A DNA stretch of 62,019 nucleotides, counting the filler. It is 10 parts of 10 records of this genome, joined end to end, with 100 filler letters (N's around TTAATTAATTAA, not from the genome) between each part and the next. Parts side by side here need not be neighbours in the genome. Positions count along the whole stretch, not along the records: positions 1 to 8,500 come from SRR31147125_231183; positions 8,601 to 14,186 come from SRR31147125_235957; 8 more parts are not named here. One strand, given 5' to 3'. Position numbers and translations under genes: made by a program. The first letter of the stretch is position 1, and each line of letters opens with the position of its first letter. Of this stretch, positions 1-11,616 are shown piece by piece. The notes under the pieces were generated by a model, which did no database searches, was not told the origin of the DNA, and saw only the letters and a list, made by a program, of their open reading frames with translations.

Positions 1-486
1 GAACCGGTAGACCCGGGCCATTTCCAGCAGACTTTTATCCACCACAGCCATGCCGTCGGCCACATGGACAAAAATCACCGGGGCGGCCATGGCCGATGCA
101 ATGGCCACCACCATCCGGGTGCCCATGCCGAACCAAAGCATGAAAACCACCACGATAACCACACCGGGCACGGTCATGAGCATCCACCGCAAAGGCTCCA
201 CCAGGGACCGCAGGGCAGGGACCAGGCCTGCGGCCACGCCCAGGCCTGCCCCCACGGTCACGGCAATTCCCAGGGCCATGCCCATGCGCTCCAGGGTGAT
301 CAGAAAATGGGCCCTTAAAAATTCCAAATCCCGGACCAGTTCCAGGGCGGCGGCCAAAGTCTGGGCCGGGGAGGCCACCACCAGGCCGGACCAGGCGGCC
401 GAAGCCCACTGCCACCCGGCCAGGAGGATCAATAGGCCTGCCGCCCGTCCCCCCCATATTTTCAAAGCACTTGGCTGCCCTCCCAT
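1..486 (-). CDS. ABC transporter permease, SsuC/TauC type (3' end off the window)
   Basis: Manual translation from ATG 486 is open to position 1: hydrophobic, ending in the EAA-like loop VDKSLLEMARVYRF. Absent from the ORF track because it has no stop in the window. Confidence 0.85.
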   Translation of the reverse strand, partial: MGGQPSALKIWGGRAAGLLILLAGWQWASAAWSGLVVASPAQTLAAALELVRDLEFLRAHFLITLERMGMALGIAVTVGAGLGVAAGLVPALRSLVEPLRWMLMTVPGVVIVVVFMLWFGMGTRMVVAIASAMAAPVIFVHVADGMAVVDKSLLEMARVYRF

Positions 487-1460
487 CAATGGTCCCCCAT
501 AAAAATCCCGCGGACAGGCGGTTTATCCCCCACGGCCCAGGGGTAGCGTGCATGGATCTGGCCGAGGAAAAAATAGGCGGCATCAAAAGCCTTGGGCCCG
601 GATACCAGGCGGCCGGCGGTATAGCCGGCCCTGAGACTATCATTCTGACCGGCCTCTTCCTTGCCAGCACGGACCCGGTCAAAAAATTCCGCCAGAATTG
701 GGGCGGATTTTCTGGCGATGGCCCCGGCCTCCTGGGGATGTGCCGTGATCCAGGACCTGGCATCTTCATAGGCCGCCAGGACCTCCCGGATCCGGCCGGG
801 CCTTTGTGCCGCATTGTTAAAGACAGCCAGGGCGCCTACATAGAGGGGGATCCCGTCGAATTTTTCCTGCCATACCCCGGGGATATCCAGGTACTTAACC
901 AGGGCCCCCGCCTTCCCGGACCTGGTAACGGCCAGGGTGGCGGCGGGTTCGGCCAGAATGGCATGGTCGGCCCGGCCCAGCCCCATGAGGTTCACCGCCT
1001 CAAGGGGGCCGCCCGTGCGGACAAAGTCCAGGCCGGTATCCGGAAAAAGGATGTTGAAAATAAGCTCGGGCATCTCTTTATGGCCGAATGGAAAGGCCAG
1101 GGTCCCCTGCAATTTTCCGTCGGAACGGGTGGCTTTTCGGGCAGACACCACCCAGGAACGGGACTTGAACACCCCGGCGATTTTGACCTTTACCCCTTTG
1201 GCCAAATAGGCGGCAGCCCCGGAGGTGGTGGAAATGGACCCGTCCACCCGGCCCCCTGCGATGAGGGCCCGGGCCTGGTCGGGAGAGTGCCAGGGGATGA
1301 ACTCCACTCCGCCCATATTCCTGTCTTCCATGACGGCAAAGACCAGGCCCTCTGCCACAGGGGGACCGGTGATCCTGAGCCGGTCCGCTTTTGCTGCTGC
1401 AGGACCGGCCAGAACCAGGGTCAGAATCAGAGCCAGAATCAAAATCAGGGCCTTTTTCAT
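486..1460 (-). CDS. ABC transporter substrate-binding protein (SsuA/NMT1-like)
   Basis: Signal peptide MKKALILILALILTLVLAGPAAA; ADHAILAEP motif; coupled to the permease. Confidence 0.8.
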   Translation of the reverse strand: MKKALILILALILTLVLAGPAAAKADRLRITGPPVAEGLVFAVMEDRNMGGVEFIPWHSPDQARALIAGGRVDGSISTTSGAAAYLAKGVKVKIAGVFKSRSWVVSARKATRSDGKLQGTLAFPFGHKEMPELIFNILFPDTGLDFVRTGGPLEAVNLMGLGRADHAILAEPAATLAVTRSGKAGALVKYLDIPGVWQEKFDGIPLYVGALAVFNNAAQRPGRIREVLAAYEDARSWITAHPQEAGAIARKSAPILAEFFDRVRAGKEEAGQNDSLRAGYTAGRLVSGPKAFDAAYFFLGQIHARYPWAVGDKPPVRGIFMGDH

Positions 1461-2505
1461 TGGGTTTTCCCCTTCCTGGCCACCACCAGTTCACCCTGGC
1501 CGGCGGGCAGGTCCAGGATCCTGGTCTCAACGGGATCGAATCCGGCCTTTTCCAGGTGGGCTGCGATTTCCCCCTTGTCAAAAGAGACATCCTGGCCCTC
1601 CAGAGCAAGGGAAAGCCGGGAAAGGACCACCCCCTCCGGGGCGGTCCTTTCCCGGGTCAGGCCCTCGTGGAGGCAGACAAAGACCCCGCCCTCGGCCAGG
1701 CGGGCCCTGAGTCCGGGATAGAATGTATCAGGTTGCTTCACATAATAAAGGGTATGGCTGGCCCAGATGATGTCATAGCCTTCTCCCAGATCCGCCTCAT
1801 TGTAGTCCCCGGGAATAAAGGAAATTCGGTCTGCCATCCCCTCCTTTTCCACCTCTTTTTCGGCCAGGGCAATGATGGCGGGCATATCGGCCAGGACCCC
1901 GGTCATCCCGGGCCTGCGCCGGACCATTTCCATGCCGATGAGCCCGGGGCCGCCCCCGATGTCCAAAACCCGGGTTGCGGTATTGAATTCAGGCAGGGCC
2001 TGGACCAGGTCTGCTGCCAGGGATGCCATGCCCCCCGCTGGTAGGCAGCCAGATGGGCCACAGCATGCTCCCATTTGGCCTCGCTCTCCAGGATCTCCCC
2101 TTTTTCCGGGGGGCCGTTGCGGACGATATGGGCGATTTTATCCAGATTCCGATGCTGCATGGCCACCATATTCTTTACCAACCCACCCATGAAGGTGGGG
2201 CTTTTGGGGACCAGAAAATGGCGGGCAAAGGAGGTATTGGCATACCGGCCAGATTCTTTTTGGACCAGGCCCAGGCTGACTGCGGCATCCAGGAAATATT
2301 TCAGTCCGTCAGGCTCGCATTGAATATCCAGGGCCCGGGCAAGTTCCCCAAGGGTCATGTCCTTATCTTTGCCTTCCGGTTTCAAGGGAGCGGTTTCCAG
2401 GACCCCTGCCAGGTCCAGGTCAAGGGCCGCATTCAGGACGGCCATCTTTACAGGCCCCTGAAAAATCTCAAACAGGGGCGTCATGGGGGGAAAGGAATTA
2501 TTCAT
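1457..2505 (-). CDS. SAM-dependent O-methyltransferase (dimerisation domain + Methyltransf_2), frameshifted near 2030
   Basis: ORF 1903-2505 gives the N-terminal dimerisation domain; ORF 1457-2074 has VLDIGGGPG. The join falls in a C run. Confidence 0.8.
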
Positions 2506-4570
2506 TTAAAACCTCCAGTTCAGGCTGATGCCGAATGTTCGGGGATCTCCGTCCTCAATCAGGGTGTGGCCGGTTTTTATCTTGGATTTTCTATTGGCGT
2601 AATGGGTGTCAAAAAGGTTGCGGCACCAGACGGAAAGATCAAAATCACCGAACCTGTAACCCGCCTTGACATTGGTCAAAAAATACCCGTCATCCGCCAC
2701 GGCATTGGCCGCGTCAAAATACCGCCTGCCTGCCCAGGAGAGGTCTGCCGATCCGTAGAGTCCATTGTCACTATAATAGCCCAGGCCCAGGTTGGCTGTC
2801 AGTTCCGGCGCCCAGGGCAGGGCCTTGCCGCTGTAGTCCACAGGCTGTCCGCCCACGGTTCCGACCCACTCGTCGATCCGGGACCGGGCATAGCCGATGC
2901 CGCCGAAGAGTTCCAGATTATCCAGGACAAAGGCGGAGACTTGCAGCTCAAGTCCTTTGGTTACGGCCTCGGCCGCATTGGAGTACCTCCAGGCCCCGGG
3001 CCCGCCGCCGGGCACCTCTTCCCGGACCTGTTTATCCTCAATGGTGGTGTAGAATAGGGAAAGGTCGGCCTGGATACGGTTATCCCAGAACCGTGTTTTT
3101 ACCCCGGCCTCATAGTTCCGGGTATATTCCGGGTCATAGGTGAAGGCTTCCTCTGAAGAGGCGGAAAAGCAGTCATACCCCCCTGCCAGCCATCCCGTGG
3201 AAAAGGTGATATAGGTATTTACCCCCTGGGCCGGGGCATAGGAGAGGGAGACCATGGGCAGCCATTCAGTCTCGCTGATCTCCCGGTCATAGGTCAGGGT
3301 GCGGCCGGCCCGGGTATAATCCTGGTGTCCGTCTCCGTCAATATGCTCCAGCCTCAGCCCGGCCGTGGCCGAAAGGTTTTGGGTCAGGGCCATGGTGGCC
3401 TGGCCGAACAGGGCCGATGTCAGGATCCTGGTGTCGGTGATCCGCTCATTGCCCATCCTCGGGTTGACATGGTTGAGCCGCCATATATTGTCCAGACTTT
3501 CATGGCTGGCATAAAGGCCGGCCAGCCAGGCGGTGCCATGGGCCTTGCCCCCTGTCAGACGAAATTCCTGGCTCCAATTGTCCTGGGTCATATCGATGAA
3601 GGAATGGCCCAGGGGCCTGGGGGTCCGGTCAAAATCCATGATATGGTCCCGGGAGAACCGCTGGTGGGAGGTAATGGAGGTCAGATCAGCGCCCCCTAAG
3701 GCCGCCCGGATGCGCAGGGCCTGGCCCAGACTATCTTTTTCGGCCAGGTCCGCCTCATTGGTATAGACCTGAAAGGGATCCAGGGCCCAGGGCCCGTCCT
3801 CAAACCTGAAGGTAGAAATCCCCCGTTCCTCGTCCATGGCGTCCAGGAACAGGGTTGCGCTGAAGGTCTCCGTGGGGGCCCATTTCAGGCTGGCCCGGCC
3901 GGAAAACCGCTCTTTCTTCCCCACATCATCCCGGCCGTCCACCCGGTTTTCCATATACCCGTCCGTTAAAAGCCCTTCCAGGGTCAGGCCCCAGAAAAGA
4001 CGGTCAGGGGTCACGGCCCCGCCTGCAGAGAGGCCGGCGGACCAGGTATTATAATTGCCGGCCGTAACAACGGTCCGGGCGTAGGATTCATTGCCAGGCT
4101 CTTTGAGAACCAGGTTGATCACCCCGGAGGAGCTGTTTTTCCCGTACAAAGTGGACTGGGGGCCCTTGAGGACTTCCACCCGTTCCACGTCAAAAAGGGA
4201 CTGGGACTGCATATGGGAAAGGGGGAAGGCCACATCATTGATATAGAGGCCCATGGGGGAAAAAAGGGAGGTGTCGATGGTGGAAATCCCCGGGCCACAA
4301 ACGCATCCCCGGAGGTGGCTGTTTTATAATAAAGGTTGGGCACCATCCGGCTGATCTCCCCGGTGGTGGACAATTGGTGATTTTCCAGGAACCGGTTTTC
4401 CAGGATGCTGATGCTGCCGGCAAATTCACTGGCATTGGTTTCCCGCTTGGACGCGGTGACAATAACGGTTTCCTGGTATGGTTCCGGCGCCTTTGGCATA
4501 TCCTGGGCCCATGCCGGCAGGGCAAATGCCATAATGACAGAAAAGGCGGCAAGCCGCAGAAAAAAATCAT
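2506..4570 (-). CDS. TonB-dependent receptor (frameshifts in the 5' part)
   Basis: ETVIVTASKR TonB box, VERVEVLKGPQSTLYG plug motif, C-terminal WRF. The 5' part is split over frames near 4260-4290 and 4560. Confidence 0.9.
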
Positions 4571-4669
4571 ATAGAGATCCTCCGTAGTGGTTTAAGGTGC
4601 TTTGGGGCCGTTCAAATCCACAGCCGCTTGCAGACCTTATAGTGGAAACCACACGAAAACTATCATTTG

Positions 4670-4697
4670 CGGAACATAAAAGAACAAACCCGGAACA
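4670..4697 (-). promoter_or_regulatory. Direct repeat with 21-bp period, putative AraC-family site
   Basis: CGGAACA at 4670 and 4691. The minus strand reads TGTTCCGGGTTT, resembling the repeat at 5774-5804. Confidence 0.45.
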
Positions 4698-4780
4698 GAT
4701 TTTAAGCCTTGAAAACCCCAGACAAGCCTGATAATAGTTAGGCATTGAAAACTTTATGCGAGCAACCCCCAATAGCTGCT

Positions 4781-5786
4781 ATGGATGTCATGATCCAAAC
4801 CCGGGCCGGAGACTTTACCCGGTTCAAAGAAACAACGGCCGATACAGGCGGCATTACCCGCCGGTTGCCTGATGATATAGGGAATGGCGGCTTTTCCACC
4901 CTCCGCCTGGGGTCTGAAATGGAGATCTGCCTCAGTCACTGCCGGTTTGACCGGGATTACCGGGCAAAGGTTTCATGGCCCTCTCCCATGGTGGTCTTTG
5001 CCTTTGTCCTTTCCGGCCGCACCCAGACCTGGAACGCCTGCCATCCCGGCCCCATGGACATGGCGCCCTGGCGGGGCCTATCTCCATTATTTTGAAGACC
5101 CTGTCCTGACCCGGGAAACCCCCGGGGGAAAAGAGCTCAAGGCCCTGGTCATCCGGGTGGCCCCGTCCAGGCTGGCCCGGTTCCTCAGCCATGATCCGGA
5201 CGGCCGGTCCGGCGAACGCCTGACCCGGGATCTGAAACGCCGATACCTGTTTGCCTCCCACCCCATGACAGGGGAAATGACCACCACCCTTTTCCAGGTT
5301 TTTAACTGCCCCCACCAGGGCATGATCCGGCAGATCTACCTGGAAAGCAAAGCCATGGAACTCATCGCCCTCAAGCTGGCCCAGATTCTGGAGACGGGCG
5401 GTCCCCGTCCCCTCAAGCCCGAAGAACACGACCGGATCCTGGCGGCCAGGGACCTGATCCGGGACCGGCTCCAATATCCCCCGTCCCTGCCGGAACTGGC
5501 CGCCCGTGTGGGCATGAGCCACTCCCGGCTCACCCGGGGCTTCCGCAGGGTTTTCGGATGCACGGTATTCGAATTTCTGCGGCAGGAGCGGCTGGAATAC
5601 GCCAGGCGCCTGGTCTGGCAAAACGAGATGAGCCTGACCCGGGTGGCTTTTGAGGCAGGGTTTTCCGGGTCCAGCCATTTTGCCGCCGCCTTTTTAAAGC
5701 AGTTCGGGGTCCGGCCCTCGGCCTATAGAAAAACCGCTGTCCCCCCCGCCCAACAAATAGTCTCCCAAACAAATTCTGGGATTTAA
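4781..5786 (+). CDS. AraC-family regulator (PchR-like), frameshifted near 5070
   Basis: IYLESKAMEL, PPSLPELAARVG and VAFEAGFSGSSHFAAAF HTH motifs; N-terminal part lies in ORF 4745-5095. Confidence 0.88.
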
Positions 5787-5804
5787 AAAAAAAGTTCTGG
5801 GTTT
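5774..5804 (+). promoter_or_regulatory. Direct repeat with 21-bp period upstream of the second receptor, putative AraC-family site
   Basis: TTCTGGGATTTAA at 5774 and TTCTGGGTTTAA at 5795. Confidence 0.5.
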
Positions 5805-5876
5805 AATATCCCTCCCCTCTCTCCTCCCCTATACTGGGTGCTGGTATTGTGAATACGTTTGCAAAAGGAGATTTAG

Positions 5877-8056
5877 ATGAACAAAACCAAACATACTGCC
5901 CTGGCCGCGGCCCTCTGCCTGACCCTGGCAGGGCCCGGGCTCACCGGCCTGGCCGCAGAGGAAGGCGCACCGACACTTCAATTGGAAAATGTGACGGTAA
6001 CGGCCCAAAAGAAAAAGAAAACCTCCAGCATGTGCCGGAAAGTATATCCGCCATATCTTCCCAGGATATAGAGGACGCCGGCCTGACCCGGACCACCCAG
6101 ATCCATAGAGTGGTACCCAATTTTGCTGTGAACAGCTCCAACAACCCATGCACCACCGGGGCTGAGATGTTCAATATCCGGGGCCTGGGGAATCTGTACG
6201 AAGGGGATTCCGCTGTAAGCATATACGTGGATGATGTGCCGGTCACAGATTCCTCCCAGTTTGCATTCGCCCTGGACAATGTGGAACGGATCGAGGTGCT
6301 AAGGGGGCCCCAGGGCACTCTCTACGGGATGAACACCGAAGGCGGGGTCATCAATATCATCACGGCCCAGCCCCAGGACCGGTTCCAGGGGAACCTGGGC
6401 ATGTCATACGGCAATTATAATAAATACCGGATTTCAGGGGCCATGAACGGCCCCCTCATCCGGGACAGCCTATTTGCCGGGATCTCTCTTATGACCGAAT
6501 CCACGGACGGGAATGTGGATAATAAATTTACCGGCCATGAGATGAACGGCTGGAAATCCTATACCGGCAGCGGCAAGCTGCTATGGACCCCGTCCGACCG
6601 GCTGAACCTGCAGCTCAACCTGTCCGCCGCAGACAATGACGACGGCACCTGGGTATGGCAGGTCAAGGACAAGGCAGCCTATGCCAAGGCCTGGGGAACG
6701 GCTATTGACGACCATGAGGTGGCGGTAAACGAGGAAGGATACGCCCGAAACGACTCCAACACCCAGTCCTTGAAAATTTCTTATGACTGGCCCTGGGCCC
6801 ATCTTACCTCCATTACCTCCAGGACGGCTAAAACCGCAGAAGTTAACAGTGACCTGGACTGCACGGTAAAGGACTTTATGTCATTTTTGGATACCCGGGA
6901 TAAAGAGCAGTTCAGCCAGGAACTGCGCCTGGCCTCACCTGAAGGAAAGGATGAATTTTCCTGGATCATGGGCGCTTTCTTATCCAGGCAAACCGCAGAC
7001 AACACCCTTGATTTTCATTTCGGCAAGGATTGGGCCCGTCAGTATAATGACATCACAACAGGGACCAAGGAAAGCACCACCTGGGCTCTTTTCGGCCAGT
7101 CCGGGGTCAGGCTGCTGGACAAACGGTTGGGCCTTACTGCAGGGCTCAGGTACGAATATGCAGAACGCTCAATCGACCGGGACCGGTATTATATCATGGC
7201 CGGGCGCAGGATTGAAGCCAACAACCCCATCCTGGGGCGGATGGCGTCCAGGCATAAGGGAAAATACGAAAGGGAGCTGGACTTTAGTTCATGGCTGCCC
7301 AAATTCACCCTGGATTTCAGACACAATGACCGGGTCATGACCTATGCGTCCGCCGCTCTGGGGTACAAGGCAGGAGGATTCAGCCTCAAGGTCAATGATC
7401 CGGACCTGGCAGGATTTGACCCCGAATATGCCTGGACCTACGAGGCAGGCATCAAATCCAAATTCCTGAACAATAGGCTCATGGTCAATATCAGCGGATT
7501 CTTTACTTCTGTGGACGATTACCAGGACAGGATGGTGATTGACAGGATCCCGGTCATGACCAATGCAGCAGAAGCCACCATATTCGGCGGAGAAGTGGAA
7601 ATGCGGTTCAGACCCGTAACAGGGCTTTTGCTCACAGGCTCCCTGGGCCTGATCCGGGCCGAGTACGACGCTTATAAAGACAAGGTCGGCGGCCAAACCG
7701 TCTCCTTTGACGGAAACACCATCGCCATGACCCCGGACTACCAATACAACCTGGCCGCCCTCTACAGGTTTGCCAACGGGATCTATATCCGGGGCGAGGT
7801 GGCCGGGACCGGGGCCTATTATTCCGACAGGGAAAACAGGGAGGCCACCCGCCAGTCGGCCTATGAGATCGTCAACGCCAAAATCGGATATGAAGCTGAA
7901 AATTTTGACATCTATCTTTTCGGAGAAAACCTTTTTAACACCTATTATTTTTCCCAGATCCACGACACCAGCATGTACAGAATCCCGGGCGTGACCGAAG
8001 CCGGTTTTGCAGGAGAGCCTTTACGGGTGGGTGTTATGGTAAATTACAGATTCTAA
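5877..8056 (+). CDS. TonB-dependent receptor (frameshift near 6010)
   Basis: Signal peptide and LENVTVTAQK in ORF 5877; VERIEVLRGPQGTLYG and C-terminal YRF in ORF 5849-8056. Confidence 0.92.
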
Positions 8057-8066
8057 AGGAGACAAA

Positions 8067-8500
8067 ATGAAAAAAGCAGGCTTTTACCTTTCCATTCTAG
8101 TGTTTATATCTTTCACCCTGATCCAGGCCGGTTTCTGCCACGGGCTATGGGTCAATGTCCATAAAAACGATATCCATCCCCCTGGCCATGTGATCACCAG
8201 TGTGGGCTTCGGCCATATTCCCCCCATGGACGATCTTTTGACCAGCACACACGGCACCCTGGCACTTGAGGCATACAGGCTGGTGGATCCGCAGAATACC
8301 ATGACCGACCTGCCCAAACCGGATCTCAAAGTGGTTTCGGTGGAGACAGCGTCCCCTCTGGCCATCTTCAAAGGAGATCTCGGCACCTGCAGGATGGGGC
8401 TTGCGCCCGATTCCCATACCGGCACCTATACGGTGGCGGCCAGGGCCGAGGATACCTTTTATTCGGTATGGATGGACCAAAAAGGGGAGATCCACAGGGG
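8067..8500 (+). CDS. Exported DUF4198-like protein (partial)
   Basis: Signal peptide followed by HGLWV and a later GFGH, typical of this metal-uptake-associated family. Confidence 0.6.
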
Positions 8501-8600
8501 NNNNNNNNNNNNNNNNNNNNNNNNNNNNNNNNNNNNNNNNNNNNTTAATTAATTAANNNNNNNNNNNNNNNNNNNNNNNNNNNNNNNNNNNNNNNNNNNN
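8501..8600. other. Artificial contig linker
   Basis: N44-TTAATTAATTAA-N44 (stops in all six frames). Confidence 0.99.
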
Positions 8601-9344
8601 CGAATACGGCATGTATGCCTGGACTCCTGAAGACGCCGTTCTGGCCCTAAGGGAACAGGCCGTCACCCTGTACGCAGTCCGGTTCGGCCCTGACCGGGAC
8701 ACGGCCCTGGCGGAAGTCGCCCGTGCGACCGGAGGAGCCGTGTACGATATCGACGGTGAATCGGAGTTGGAGGGCCTGTACGGACGAATCAGGGAGCGGG
8801 TCCTGGCCGAGTACCGGATTTCCTATCGTCCCCGACCCACCGGCGCCGTCCGGACAGGCGTGGCGCTGGAACTTGTCTCCGGTTCTTCCCGGGGCGAACT
8901 GGAGTACCTTTCCGGTTTCGTGATGGGCAGTCCTGCCGGCATGAACCATGTATTGCTGTCGCTGCTGGCCATTCCCGCGGCAGCGCTCATCCTGTGGCTG
9001 CTGTTCCGGCTGAAAGCCGCCGATATGCCCGACAATGCGTCCCTCGGACGGCTCCGCCCCAACCCGGCGAGAGCGCCACGGTTGTTCTGAGCCAAGGTAA
9101 AACGGTGATCTCCCCCGGCCCCGGTGGATCGGGAACGGTCATCGCGTCCTCCGACTCCGGCGACGCGCCGGCTTCATCCGGTGGAACCATCATCGTGGAG
9201 CAGGGCAAAGACGGAAAATGGCGGGCCAGCGGAAAAGAGACCCTCGTGGTGAACAACCGGAAGGTGGATTCGACGGTCCTGGAAGACGGTGACGTAATCA
9301 GGGCGGGTGAGGAGCTGATCGTCTTCGACGATGGGAACAGCTGA
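8601..9344 (+). CDS. VWA-domain membrane protein with C-terminal FHA-like domain (5' partial, frameshift near 9058)
   Basis: VTLYAVRFG...LAEVARATGG (VWA C-terminus), a TM helix, then TLVVNNRKV...LEDGDVIRAG (FHA C-terminus). Confidence 0.65.
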
Positions 9345-11079
9345 CCGGCACCCCTACCTGAGTGAGGGGATCATCGCCTATATAGGCAACAAGCGCCGGC
9401 TCCTGGGACTCATCGGAGAGGCGGTGGCCCGGGCGGCCGGCCGGTCGACCGACCCAGGCAAATTCGGTGATTCACAGTCCGGTACCCCGGGCAGCGGTCC
9501 CCTGGCCGGCCTTCGTTTCGCCGATCTCTTTTCCGGCAGCGGCATCGTCTCTCGTTTTGCCCGTTTTCAGGGCATGCATGTGACGGCCAACGACTGGGAA
9601 CCTTATGCGGACGTGCTTTCCCGGGCATGGCTGCAGCCGCGGCCGGAGGACATCACCCGGATTTTCGGTTCGCCCGACGGTCTGGAACGGGCCATCGGCG
9701 AACTGAACCGGCTGTCGGCACCATCGGCGGAAGACACTTATCTGGCCCGGTACTATGCACCGTCGTCCTTCAACAACGAAGAGGCCGATTACAGACGGGA
9801 GCGTCTGTTCTACACTAGGGAAAACGCCCTGAAGCTGGACGCCGCCAGGGATTTTCTCGACGGCATGGATCTCTCCGATTCACCGGAAGGTCCGGGAGAT
9901 GATGATGAACGGATGCGCCGGAGCTTGCTCCTTGCCCCGGTTATCTACGCCGCCGCCACCAATGTGAACACATCGGGGGTATTCAAGGCCTACCACCGGG
10001 GATTCGGCGGCCATGGGCGGGATGCCCTTGGCCGGATTACCGCGCCGATTCAATTCCGGGCACCGCGGATTATCGACGCGCCTGCCGGTCGTGTCTTCTC
10101 CATGGATGCGGCAGAGCTTGCTGGCAGTGGGGCGATCCGTGACGTGGACATCGCCTATCTGGATCCGCCTTACAATCAGCATCAATACGGCAGTAATTAC
10201 CACCTGTTGAATACCCTTGTGCGATGGGACAGGATACCCGAGCCTCTGGAACTCGGTTCCGACGGACGGCTGCTCAGGAAGGCCGGTATCCGTCAGGACT
10301 GGACCGAAACGCGCTCGCCTTATTGCTCCGGCAGAACCGCCGAGGCGGCGTTCGGCGCACTGCTGGAGAACCTGGAGGCGCCGCTTCTCCTGATCAGCTA
10401 CAGCACCGACGGCATCATCCCATTCAAAAGGTTGCGCAGCCTCTGTGAAGGCTACGGACGGCTCAGGCTGGAAGCCAATCCCTATGTCACCTACCGTGGT
10501 GGCCGCCAGAGTGTGAACCGGCGGGACGCCAATCTCGAGTTCATCCTGATAGTGGAGAAGGGGAAGACCACAAGCCGGAATGATAGAAACGGCCTCGATG
10601 CCGTCCTGGCCCGGCGAAAGCTGCAGCTGGCCGGCGGCGATCTGTATCGCCCGGAGAAATTGAGAACTCTGGGTAAGGTGGACGGCAGCATCTGGACGCC
10701 TTGTCTTCCGGGAGGGGCGATATCACTGCCAACCATCCACCTGGCGCGGCTGGAAAGGCTGCCGGATCCCGACAGTCTTTCTGGAAAGGACGTCAGGGCG
10801 CTTTCCGAACTTCTTGATGAAGCACGATGCCGGAGCCGCGATGAAGAACTGCTGGTAATCGAGGAAATATGGAAACAGAATCCCGGCCGCTGCGCGGGGC
10901 TGCTCAAACAGGCGCCGAGGATACTCCGTAAGATGGCGCACCGCAAATACAGAGACGAGTACGAAGGTCACCTGAAAACCCTGAAGGAAATCGGGAATGT
11001 CCACAGTGAGGATTTCCTGTCGATCGCCGGCTCCCTGGAGAAGGTGGAATTGATCGCCGAACGTCGATTCGCCGGCTGA
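9331..11079 (+). CDS. DNA adenine methyltransferase (D12/FokI-like) with C-terminal extension
   Basis: YIGNKRRL, DLFSGSG (motif I) and YLDPPY (motif IV). Confidence 0.9.
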   Translation: MGTADRHPYLSEGIIAYIGNKRRLLGLIGEAVARAAGRSTDPGKFGDSQSGTPGSGPLAGLRFADLFSGSGIVSRFARFQGMHVTANDWEPYADVLSRAWLQPRPEDITRIFGSPDGLERAIGELNRLSAPSAEDTYLARYYAPSSFNNEEADYRRERLFYTRENALKLDAARDFLDGMDLSDSPEGPGDDDERMRRSLLLAPVIYAAATNVNTSGVFKAYHRGFGGHGRDALGRITAPIQFRAPRIIDAPAGRVFSMDAAELAGSGAIRDVDIAYLDPPYNQHQYGSNYHLLNTLVRWDRIPEPLELGSDGRLLRKAGIRQDWTETRSPYCSGRTAEAAFGALLENLEAPLLLISYSTDGIIPFKRLRSLCEGYGRLRLEANPYVTYRGGRQSVNRRDANLEFILIVEKGKTTSRNDRNGLDAVLARRKLQLAGGDLYRPEKLRTLGKVDGSIWTPCLPGGAISLPTIHLARLERLPDPDSLSGKDVRALSELLDEARCRSRDEELLVIEEIWKQNPGRCAGLLKQAPRILRKMAHRKYRDEYEGHLKTLKEIGNVHSEDFLSIAGSLEKVELIAERRFAG

Positions 11080-11165
11080 TCGGTTCCTGGTGCTATTGCC
11101 CAGCAGGTGGGCTATCGGTATGATTGCGCCACAATTGTGACGCATTATGCGGAAAGGGGGCCGAT

Positions 11166-11609
11166 ATGGGCCAGCGGGGCGAGATATTCAGTACAAGGAT
11201 TTTCGCAGAGGAAGGCGCCAAAACCTTCTTTTTCAACGTCAAGGAAAACAGGTTCCATGACAAATACCTGAACATCGTTGAAAGCCGGAAGACAGACAGG
11301 GGCTTCAAGCGATCCTCTATCGTCGTTTTCAGCGAGGACATCGACAAATTCCTGACGGTTCTGAGCCGATCGATTACGGTTCTGAGAGAAGGTCGACATC
11401 CGGTGGAAGAGGACCTGGTGGTGGGTGGTGGACGCCGCCGCTATGATTTTCTCAGTCCTCCCCGGGGAAACAAAGCTCTTCGGATCATCGAAACCCGGGA
11501 TGATGCCACAGGATCCCGCCGGGAATCGGTTATGGTGTCACTACCGGTGTTCAACGACTTCATGAAGGGAATGGAAAAAGCCGTCTTAGTACTGAAGAAT
11601 CCTGTATAA
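11166..11609 (+). CDS. PUR-family (DUF3276) nucleic-acid-binding protein, apparently two repeats
   Basis: GEIFS...KTFFFNVKENR..DKYLNIVES...RSSIVVF matches spirochaete PUR proteins; a second similar unit follows. Confidence 0.8.
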   Translation: MGQRGEIFSTRIFAEEGAKTFFFNVKENRFHDKYLNIVESRKTDRGFKRSSIVVFSEDIDKFLTVLSRSITVLREGRHPVEEDLVVGGGRRRYDFLSPPRGNKALRIIETRDDATGSRRESVMVSLPVFNDFMKGMEKAVLVLKNPV

Positions 11610-11616
11610 TGAACTT

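Noticed and set aside
1416-1450. CAGAAT/CAGAGC hexamer repeats
   Set aside because: They encode the Leu/Ile-rich signal peptide of the minus-strand SBP.
471-3057. Long plus-strand ORFs (416 aa, 344 aa and others)
   Set aside because: Antisense shadows of GC-rich minus-strand genes with no recognisable motifs.
4729-4750. Fur-box-like TGATAATAGTTAGGCATT
   Set aside because: Only one half-site matches; too weak to call.
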